A stretch of 64,000 bases of DNA from assembly GCA_002104905.1 (NCBI GenBank), contig MCFE01000161.1, positions 62,001 to 126,000 on the forward strand. Reading direction: 5' to 3'. This document shows positions 54,496 to 64,000 of the stretch, in pieces. The stretch's first letter is position 1, and every line of letters begins with the position of its first letter. The notes under the pieces were generated by a model. The model was given only the letters and a program-made list of their open reading frames with translations. It was not told the origin of the DNA and did no database searches. Position numbers and translations under genes: made by a program. Source of the DNA: Basidiobolus meristosporus CBS 931.73. Lineage: Eukaryota > Fungi > Basidiobolomycota.

Positions 54496-56159
54496 TTATA
54501 GGATGCCACTATCTCTGAGTGCGTTCTGAAGTATCGTTTCTTTGACGGCTGCAAATACAATTCTGAAAGCCCCCGAGGTGAGTCAGTACTGGCTTCAATG
54601 ACAAGCTCGATTGTCTGGCCACTTACCTTATCTGCGTTGCGATTCCAGAGCAAAGGGGGCATGCGAGGGAAGAGGTTAGAGATGGGGGAGATGTATGGTT
54701 GTGGCGGGGGATGTGTACAAACCTTGGATGTGTCGGTTGCTTGTGTGAGACTAGTGAAGGTGAATGTTGGTTAACTCAGGGTAAACAGGTGGATAGCTCG
54801 GGATGGACTTACTGTGGATATATATTGAGCTTCGCTCGATTGGTCTGTGTGAATCTCCAGAGAATGTATTTGGCAGCTTTGGTGATATCAGGACCACCTA
54901 CAAAAGTCTCCGGGGTTAGCGCTCGTCAATGTGCGGGAAGTGCATGCCGAGGCCCATACCGGTATACTCTGGGAAATAGTTCTCAAGGGGTACTCGAGGA
55001 AGTTTCTCTCGGAATAGATCAATCTTGTTCAAAAAGAAAATGACCGACGTGCGCAAGAACCATCGGCTGTTCACCACCGACTCGAACAGGGTGATGCTCT
55101 CGATCATCCGGTTCTGTGAAGAACAATCAGTACGTCTCCGTGGTTGGGAGGTGGGGTTCCGCATGCGCGGTGTTACCTGCTCCGACTCCTCCAATAGAAC
55201 TTGGTCATATTCGCTCAGCGCCACGCAAAAAATAATGGAGGTGACAGCCTCAAAGCAATGGATCCATTTCTTCCTCTCGGACCGTTGCCCGCCAACGTCG
55301 AACATGCTACCAAGAAATCGGGTTACCTCAGTGAAATCAAACATCCGGTAAAGAGAACCTCCTACTGTATATTAAGCTGGCCCATGTTGAACCGGGTCTC
55401 GATGATGCCAGTGGTCTTCGTCCGTGCCCTCAGCGCATCTGCCTCGTTGGGGATGTAGTTGGGGGATCCGATCCGTCGAACGTGACTAAAAAAACTGGTT
55501 GCAATGGATGAGAACCCAGTGACGATCGCGCACGGGGCATTCGTGTGCTGTACTTACTACGTGGCGGAGTCCATCAGATAGAACTCGCTCTGCCGATCCA
55601 GTAAACTTGCGACCACCGGATCTTTCCACAACGAATCTATGGCTTCCACAAGGTCGGGCGTGAGCTTCAAGGCGTACGCCCCCTCGTAGCTCACGTCAAG
55701 TACCAGCCTAGCGTAATCCTACACCCACGATCAGTCACCCAACCTACACTACTCTGCCCTCAACACCAGCGTACCTTGTTTTTCGGCTCGAAAGGCTCCA
55801 GGTCGAACTTTCTCAACGCGGAGACGAGGCTCTGCGCGGAGTCCACTATATTCTTGAATATCGTCACTCGAAATAGGGACAGCTCTTCGGTGGTATATCC
55901 ATTCTGGTGGATGATTTTCATCTGCTTCACGATAGTGGACTTTCCCGATTCTCCGCTTCCTAGATGAGAAGAGTGGAGGTGAGGTGAGGTGAGGGTTGAT
56001 AGAGGGTCGGAGGTGTCGGGGCCATAGCACGTATTACCAACCTAATAGAAGGATTTTGCATTCCTTATTGATCCTTCGGTTGTCCACCTCTATCAGCCTG
56101 TCGATGGCTGTACTTCGTTCACGAGCCTCTCTTTCTTCTTGAGATAGACAAACCCCCAT
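54496..56159 (-). CDS. Heterotrimeric G-protein alpha subunit, fungal group III type (GNA-3/GanB/Gpa3-like); 10 exons
   Basis: MGVCLS lipidation-type N-terminus, [41 protein letters not shown]; C-terminus [15 protein letters not shown] requires the micro-exon at 54627-54631. Confidence 0.96.
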
Positions 56160-57056
56160 AGTTGAGGAAAAACAAGTGGGGTGAGGGAAGGGGGTGAGTT
56201 GCGATATCAAGAGATAGTTTTGATTGGTTGGGGTCAAGCGTGTAGCCTTCCGGGATACGATGAGCGAGGGAGGGTCGACAAGGTGTAGGGTATGTAGTGT
56301 GGTGGCGTGATTAAACTAACTAGTCAAGTTGCCATCAAGGCCTGAAAAATGGACGGGAATAAGGGTAGGTCAACTGACCCCGAAGAAAGGATAGTGAGAT
56401 GGACGTAGAGGTTGTAGGCTGGAGACCAATTCAAGGGTATCAGGTTGTTGAATGGAAAGCCAGAAGGTAGCGTACACTACTACTAATATTCCAAACGCCC
56501 TCGTGCCTTTTCCTTAGCTGTATTGGGGCACTCTGACACAGTGGATAGCTTTGTTAAGAAAAGAAACAAAACTCAGTGAATTGCCAAAGGAGTGGGTGAG
56601 CGGATGAAGAAGCTACAAAATGGGTGAGGCTTGGATGTTGAGCCAGGAATCAAGGAAAATCCCACCAGGAATTAGCATGGTTTACGAAGCTAAAACCATC
56701 GGATTTCCAAGGATCGATTGCCATACTTGTGCTCATTTCCAAATGATATATATCCTCTTTAGGCAGTGCCACTTCAACCGCCATCCATCATTCCTTAATC
56801 AAGCACGAAGGCCTCAATTAGTGTAACTTGTGCTGCCTGATGGCCATTATATTTGACCCACCCTCAACCAGATGTTCGTTGATTATTTGTTCAATAGTGA
56901 ATGGGATGGCTCCACTGGAACGTAGAATGGTATTCTAACCACCCCGATCGCATAGACCACTGGTTCATTTTGTATTTATTTATATCTTGATATTGGCCAA
57001 TTAAATGGCTGATGGATGAGTGAATGCACATGTTTTGGTAGAAAGAGTAGGAGCGC

Positions 57057-58535
57057 CTAACGCAAGGTGACATTCAATTGCGCAGCAACTCGGGAACGAA
57101 CTGTCTCTTGAATAGCGTTGATTTCCTCGTTGGTCACATTTCTAGCGATAAAAGCAGCGTCAGTTGGGCTCTAGAATGAATGGCTATTAAAGCGTTACCT
57201 GTCCATGGAGCGGTAGTTGATGCGGTAGCACAGGCTCTGCTTCTTGGTCTTCGGGTGAGTGAAATCGTCCACCTAGAGCAGCTAGCAGTGAGTTGCGAAT
57301 CCGGTTGTGGAGAACATCATCAAGCAACTTACCAGTTTGACGTCCTCGACCAAATCTTCGGCAATATCGCGGATCAACTCACAGAAGTCGTTTTCATGGA
57401 ATGCTTCGTTGACCCAGAAACTAATGTCCTTTGTACAGGACGGATGCTTCGAGAATGGCTTGAACTTCACAATCTCCTTGCTCTGGAATTGGCTCAAAAA
57501 GCGCTCATCCTGGCTCCAGAAGAGGCGGATATCCGGGATTCCGAAAAGCACCATGGCAAGTCGCTCCAATCCGAGCCCGAACGCCCATCCGATCTTGTCA
57601 CCTTGGCCGGCGTTGTTCAAGATTTCTTGTTTGATCACACCGCACCCATATACCTCTAGCCATTGACCCTTGTAGAAGATCTCCATCTCCCAACTTGGGC
57701 TAGTGAATGGGAAGTATGCGTCAATCCAACGAACCTGAAGGTCTTTTTCGTCGCTGAACAGTTTGCGCACCATGGAGTTCAGCGAGTGCTTCAAGTGAGC
57801 AATGGTGGCTAGCGCTGCCTCCTCCGAATGACAGGCTTGCAATGGATTTTCGGGAGTGATGACAGTGTCGTCCTGCGTGCTAATTCCGGCCACGTTATCC
57901 TCACCGAACAGCGCGGCCTGGGCCTTGATATCCGCGTGAATCTGCTCCACCGCATTGTTCATATCGAAGATTTGCGCGCCTTCCATCTGATGGAATACCG
58001 GATAATGACTGGCATCGATTTCGTCCCGACGATAAACATCGGCGGCTACCAGGAATTTGTCGCATCCGCTGCTCAAGATACTGGACTGGTGGGCAGAGGT
58101 GTGAGTACGGAGCATGGTGCTATTGTTGAGGTAGTATGTATCGGTCAATGCTCTGCCAGGATGTCCGGGTGGAATCAGTAAATCGTCGAAGTTCTGTTTA
58201 GTAGTCACAACTGGGCTAAAGGTATCGAACTTATCGAAACTAGGGTATTTGGAGTAAATAAGCGACTTTATGATCCCTATGGGGTGCTCTGGAATGTTGT
58301 GTAGGTTCCGGCCCACCTTGGATAAGATGGAGGGGGTCACATTGGTGGATTCGTCCGCGGGATATGTTTTCCCCTCAAGCTTAACTTGCTCCTTGGTCAC
58401 CTCAGGAGTCTCCAACAACGTGGAAGAGTATCTTCTGGATACGCCTAGGAGGCCTGTGGTTCTGCGTAGGGTCAAAAGGGTTGTTTGTTTCAATCCCCCG
58501 TAGGGGATACGACAAGCTTGATACATGAATGCCAT
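57057..58535 (-). CDS. MSF1: Mitochondrial phenylalanyl-tRNA synthetase
   Basis: Presequence-like N-terminus; LRTHTSAHQ, DVYRRDEIDASHYPVFHQMEG, VRWIDAYFPFTSPSWE and GWAFGLGLERLAM; anticodon-binding domain finished by two short 3' exons (stop 57057-57059). Confidence 0.96.
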
Positions 58536-58783
58536 GCTAGAATGCTTCGAAGAGACAAATTTTTTAGCCGGCTTGATAAATTGAATAAATCCAATGGAGC
58601 GAATTTTTTGTAGTCAAGCATGATCCGGAAACATATCGGGGCAATGGGATCTGTGCCGAATCAAATTGTTTAGTGTGGTGGGCGACTAATCTATTGTCAG
58701 CTCAGTTTAACCTTATGATTAAAAGCCGAGGATTTATTGACTGCATACATGTAAAGGCGGAAGCCAGGTACACCCAAGCTGAT

Positions 58784-59602
58784 TTAACTGAAAATAAACG
58801 ATACGATGTAGAAGAAGATGATGATGGCGAGGAGGACTGCCGCTACGCTGAGGATAGGATGTTTGTACAGGTAGAGCTCTTGCAACTGCTTCAAGTAGTT
58901 AATAATGACCTTTCCAGAAAGTTTACTCTCGCCAACAGTACGAACGCCAAACATGATAGGAACCTCGGCGTGTTTGCGGATCTCTGACTTGACATAAAGC
59001 TCCAAACAGATCTTGAATCCGATGGAATTAACGTTACGAGCACGACGGTAGGCTTCGCGGCGAATGGAGAAGAACCCGGTCATAGGATCCGACAGAGGGG
59101 TCAAAGGACGTGCCATGAGACGAGCACCCTTAGAGACGACTTGACGGTAAAGTGGCCAGTTTTCATCGACAACGAATTCGTCGGCAGCATAACGGGTGCC
59201 AATAGCAAACTCAGCCCCGCTCTTAGCGGCATCAATAGCCTGCAACATCTCTGGAACCTTCTCAGGAGGATGTTGAAGATCGGCATCCATACATAGGAGA
59301 AGTTCACCCTGGGCTTCATTGAAACCTCTCAAAACCGCACTGGAGAGGCCACGTTCAGTGGTTCTAACGATAACGCGAACTGGGTATCCTTCGCTGGCAA
59401 GCTTGTTCACAAGTTCTTCGGTTCCATCTCGAGAGTTATCATCCACAATAATAATCTCGGTGGTATTTTCCATCTGGTTTTCCTGCAGGGCAGCATACAC
59501 TCGCTTGGTAAGCTGTTCGATGTTGCCAACTTCACGGAATGTTGGGACTACAACGGAGGCCTCGGTGGGGCCAGTGGCGGACTTCTTACTGCGTTCGGTC
59601 AT
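58784..59602 (-). CDS. DPM1: Dolichol-phosphate mannosyltransferase (GT2) with C-terminal TM anchor
   Basis: VVVPTFRE, IVDDNSRDGT, MDADLQHPPE, SDPMTGFF, GFKICLEL and GESKL; hydrophobic tail; intronless. Confidence 0.95.
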   Translation of the reverse strand: MTERSKKSATGPTEASVVVPTFREVGNIEQLTKRVYAALQENQMENTTEIIIVDDNSRDGTEELVNKLASEGYPVRVIVRTTERGLSSAVLRGFNEAQGELLLCMDADLQHPPEKVPEMLQAIDAAKSGAEFAIGTRYAADEFVVDENWPLYRQVVSKGARLMARPLTPLSDPMTGFFSIRREAYRRARNVNSIGFKICLELYVKSEIRKHAEVPIMFGVRTVGESKLSGKVIINYLKQLQELYLYKHPILSVAAVLLAIIIFFYIVSFIFS

Positions 59603-60177
59603 GGTTTTTTAGTATCAACTTACCAAGCTGTGAAGTGAGCTTGCGTTATTCACCTAATCACAGTGAGAAATTGACCAGCAGTATCTGACTCGGGGTCTGG
59701 ATTGACCAAAACAAATAAGTCTCCATTTAGGTCAGATTTGGAGTGGGAATTTACAAACATTACAATCCAATAAGCATATAAACCAACGTATCATATGTAC
59801 AAGCACACGCTCCCCCACGTAGTCGAATAGGTTGTAACAGGGGGAGAGTCAGGTACGCTCGTATTGAAATTATTGTCACGCATCATTTTCACTCGTTCTG
59901 CGTTGGATTTCGGCCTTGAAACCCATAGCCGTCAAATGCGGATTTCAACCAAAAGCCTAGTTACCCCATTAGTGCTTTAACGAACAGTGGGACTTTGAGA
60001 AAAATCAACGTCACAAAATAATTCATGATCTAGACGGCGTCATTGGCTGGAATAGTGCCATGCATTAAGGATGGTTGATCATTCGAGAGTAATGACGTGT
60101 TGTTGAACAGCAATTAACAATGACATTCCCTCATTCCTGACTTAATCACTGATAATGGTAGACGGAAGATGTATATG

Positions 60178-60194
60178 TATATATATATATATAT
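60178..60194. repeat. (TA)n microsatellite
   Basis: Read directly; similar tracts at 12389-12402 and 61624-61638. Confidence 0.85.
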
Positions 60195-60251
60195 GGCGAC
60201 AGTTTCTTTCTCCATTGATGACGCTTCTGGTAAATGTGTCGAGATGGACAA

Positions 60252-60274
60252 TAACCCTAACCCTAACCCTACCC
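60252..60274 (+). repeat. Interstitial telomere-like tract (TAACCC)3TACCC, i.e. (TTAGGG)n on the minus strand
   Basis: taaccctaaccctaaccctaccc read directly. Confidence 0.7.
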
Positions 60275-60349
60275 TACATTTTGGAGAAACCCGCCGCCCA
60301 CTGGCATTAAATAGATAGTAGATGGCTCAGTTGGAAGTTAGTTTTACTT

Positions 60350-61080
60350 AAATAGACAATGGAAGAGCAGGTCGACTAATGGCCTTGATCATTGCTGGGG
60401 AAGGACTAAGCTTTGCAGTGGGGTTTTGGCTCAAGGAGGATTTACAGGTACGGCAGCGTGTTCAAACTCAGCCACGATCATGTGTACGTTTGTTCTCTAG
60501 CTGTGCTCCTCTACTCTGCTGCTTTTACCTGGACTACAGCTAGCTTCGGCTGACCTGGAAATAACTTCTAGAAACGGTATATCCAGAGTGATGCGATTGG
60601 TTTGCGCCCTAGTACTGGCATTCATGTTGGGGCTGGGGTTAAACGTTGGTTCACAAGCGTGAGGTGCATTTGATCCAGGAGCGCTAGAAAGTGAGACCTG
60701 TACGCCTATCAGCTCTCTGTGGGATATTTTACTGATCCTTATATGCAGGGGAATACAGTATATCACTTTTTATACCAACAGGCAGTCGTCTTTGCCAGCT
60801 ACATGGTCTCATACTTCCTTGCTAAGGTGATGGATGTCACAATCTCCATGGCTATCTCCCCACCTGTATTACCAATCAATTTGGCTCCGGGCCGGTGCTG
60901 GCTGCGGTCTTGATCCTGGTTCCAGAATGCTTGGGAGTCCGAGGAATCCCGCCGGCATTTAGGCAGGAGCTTGATTTTCGAAAGGTGATGGTGGGCTAAA
61001 TCATCGCCATGGAGTTGCTCATGGTTTCGTTGGTGGCGTATCCTTGAGGGAAGAGGTACACCGAACTGTTCATGTTTAAT
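60350..61080 (+). pseudogene. 5'-truncated pseudogene of a ThrE/DUF1212 (Prm10-like) membrane exporter
   Basis: After an intron at ~60448-60500: SSTLLLLPGLQL..LEITSRNGISRVMRLVCALVLAFMLGLG..SQA*; then YMVSYFLAK, VLILVPECLGVRG and SLVAYP*GKR..LFMF. These match Prm10 C-terminal motifs, with stops and frameshifts. Confidence 0.65.
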
Positions 61081-61951
61081 AAATCATTCGTTTCATGTGT
61101 AATATTCCTCCATTTGCATCTACACATATCCATCCGATAAAGGAATATCCAAGGAACAGCCTTCTCAAACATAGTTATGTTAGGGTTTGGCTTCAAAACT
61201 GCTTGGTGAACACCAAGTATGGCTACTGAGAATCATATGTGATCTCTCCACGTAACCCTCACAACAGAGGGTGGGAAATGTTCGGGGATTAGGGTTCGCT
61301 CAACTTTGAGCTTACACATATGCCTCGAATCCAGAGCCACCTCACCATTATAGATTCCAAGATTCAAGCCACGTGTGCTGCTGAAGGCCAACCAGAGTAC
61401 AAAGGTCAAATAATCCCACTTTTGGAATGCTTCTATCACTCTAGTTCATACAGGCCAAGCCGTACAAATGGCTGGTGCCGATATTGCATAGTAGAGAGCA
61501 TCGCTATCTCCTGATCCCTGAAATACTCGGGCGGCTACCTTGTACACTATCCAGCAACGTATTTTGAATGAAGCATTTCTACATCAGATTGAATTGAAAC
61601 ACACCTATATAAAGTGCGTATACATATATATATATATACATACATTGCTACTCTTTGAATGACGTCAACCTCGAATATACTTATTCCAGCTCAGATGTTT
61701 ATGAAGAAGCAAACCAACTATGGCTCTGCTTCACTATACCGTTGAATTTAGACCGCGTCATCATGAGAAATATGATAGACCAGTTTTGTAGGGTTAGTTC
61801 TTGGTGGGGCACCCAAATTATCCACCGTGATATTGGTCAGTCATGCTGATGGCCATGCGTCTGATCGGTGTAGTCGTAATGTGAACCTTGCCTTATGCAT
61901 ATATAAACGAGATTCCTCACTGACCAGACCAAAATCACTCTGGAGAACATC

Positions 61952-62781
61952 ATGGTGAGTTCCACATAGAAGTCCAGCATTAATTCTGTTGGTCCTGGTC
62001 TCACTTCCGTCTTTCTCCTCAGGAAGTCAGAAATAAGCTACCACGTTACTGTCGTACTTTGTTCGATGCCAAAGAAAGTCTCGGACTGAGGTATTCACTG
62101 TAAGAAATGGATACTTGTACCGCTCCGCCCACTGACACTCTATTTCCTAGCTTCGAGGATATTGGTAGGAAGATAGATCGCAATGAGGTCTGGGTGGCTG
62201 CTGTCTTCTACGGACAGGTAACTCCACACACATTGCATATCATACAAGCCACTCCATTTTAAGTCCAGCTTCATCCATTCTAGGCCAAGCCCACCGAGAA
62301 AGATATGAAAAAGTTGGCATCGGTGTTGAGACTCACCGAAGTCCGACTCACTGAAGAATCCATGCTGAGCTGGTTCCCAGATCGCGGGGGGTAAATTTCC
62401 ATCCCAGTTAAACGATTCTAACGTTGCCGAGGTCTAACCTCTCTACAGTCTGATGTCAATCCCACCAACGGATCCTACCCTGTACAGACTCTACGAAATC
62501 CTCCAGGTGTACGGCTATCCCTTGAAATCGGTTATACACGAGAAGGTAAGAAGTAATGGTGGCCACTAGTGAGCCAGCGACTAATGATTGTTTTCAGTTC
62601 GGAGATGGCATCATGAGCGCCATCGATTTCGAAACCAAGGTGGAAAAGGTAGCCGGATATCAAGTTCAGTTGTTGCAAACATCAATACTAATGTCGTCTC
62701 CGGTAGGTCGAAAATCCTGGTGGTGGAGAGCGAGTTAGGATCACTCTGGATGGCAAATTCTTACCCTATAAAACCTTTTAA
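61952..62781 (+). CDS. CYN1: Cyanate hydratase (cyanase), 7 exons
   Basis: Spliced product [68 protein letters not shown]; catalytic R, E and S present. Confidence 0.95.
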
Positions 62782-62915
62782 ATAAATCTGTACCTCTTCC
62801 ATTGAATTCAATTCGAAGATCGGACTCCACTCGACCTATCCAATTTTTTTCATTCCCTATAAACATCCCAGTGTCGGCGGAGTTCACGCTGCTTTGATTT
62901 CTGCGCCTAAGAATA

Positions 62916-64000
62916 ATGTCCGATCCATACACCGAAGAAGAGCTGGCCCAGTTGTATGCCGGCCTAGATATCACCGAGGAGGAAAACGTAGACGCTGAGG
63001 AGTTCTGGGAAAAGTAAGTCAACCGTATTGGTTTCTGTTCACTTCAGTTTATCTACCAACCGAAGTCACGTCCTCACATTTTCTCCTGTCGATAGCAAAT
63101 ATGTGGAGATCTTCGGCGATCGGAACCTGGTCGTAAGTCTTCTGCAAGATGCGGGAGTCCAGCTTCCTGAAGATACCTTGATTCAACCCGAAAGTTGGAA
63201 GCAATTCTTTTTAGAGAAGTACTCCCAATTCCAGAAAGCCAAAGAATCCGAAGGGACTCAAACCACGACTGGTTTTCGGGAGGTTCAGCAATCACTCAAA
63301 CAATTTCAACAAGAACAAGACATGGAGCATCTCATCAATGCCTGCCAGAAAATCTTCTCGATTTTGGGTAAGTTCTGCGTAGAAGTGGTTCTTTTCATGA
63401 TGCAATAGTTGCTTAAATACCTTGACTATATTTGCAATAGATGTGAACCCTGGAAATGCCGGCTGCTATCATCTGCTTGGCTTTATCTGTTACCTTCTGA
63501 ACTCTCTGCACCAGGCGCTGACACTTCTTCAAATTGGCAAGTCGATCGATGAGTCCTACGAACCTATCGATGGTGAGTGTGAAATCAGATGTATTTCGTG
63601 CCCACAACATGGTGCTAACAGCCGTTATCCAACTGTAGAGCTTGAGCAAGAGATTCACGGGTTACTCGACGAGATCGAGGGGGACGAAGGGGAACAGCCC
63701 TTGCTAGAAGGTAATGAGTTGAGTGAAGCATTGAAATCCGTCCTGGAAGCCCTCTTCAGCCGATTCGATGTGGACCAAGATGGGGCTTTGAACATGACAG
63801 AGTTGAACGAATTCGTGTTCCAGACTAATGGCACCCATCCACCGCCCCCCTTCTTCCAGCAACTCTGCCACATTTTCGACTCCAACTCGCACGGTCTTAC
63901 CAAGCAAGGTTTCTTCGAATTCTTCCTTCAGCAGTCCATGGATGATCCACTGGAAACCAGACAGGATCTAGCCAAGCATGGCTTCGATCCTAAAACTTTT
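62916..64000 (+). CDS. EF-hand-containing protein with TPR-like helical middle region; runs off the window end
   Basis: ATG 62916 and three introns. EF-hand FDVDQDGALNMTEL, degenerate second hand FDSNSHGLTKQGF, then DDPLETRQDLAKHGFDP. Confidence 0.75.

Noticed and set aside
60252-60274. Telomerase RNA template
   Set aside because: Templates usually span about 1.5 repeats; this tract has almost four, and no supporting RNA structure could be identified by eye.

Overview
Eukaryotic genomic DNA with short GT-AG introns and ctaac-type branch points. The gene content and gene style point to an early-diverging fungus (Zoopagomycota/Mucoromycota-like, possibly Basidiobolus-type; this is inference). 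About 18 intact protein-coding genes are supported: FHA/coiled-coil (Far9/Vps64/SLMAP-like), CCR4-family EEP nuclease, IPNS-like 2OG-Fe(II) oxygenase, an inverted pair of single-pass membrane paralogs, a 4-TM orphan, RBM25/Snu71, thioredoxin reductase, two 7-TM proteins, Mn-type CDF transporter, an RGS protein, xanthine dehydrogenase, DOCK GEF, group III G-alpha, mitochondrial PheRS, DPM1, cyanase and an EF-hand protein that runs off the window end. Intergenic DNA holds several heavily decayed LINE (APE/RT) relics and 2-3 pseudogenes. No CRISPR, rRNA or convincing tRNA was seen. The most notable observations are an RGS protein with a ubiquitin-like N-terminus and six KLxxFG-type repeats, an inverted paralog pair of PY-motif membrane proteins, a 5-nt micro-exon in G-alpha, and a (CCCTAA)n tract abutting a 5'-truncated Prm10/ThrE pseudogene. 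Splice models and transposon motifs were read by eye, without alignment tools. I cannot claim that a new biological system is demonstrated.
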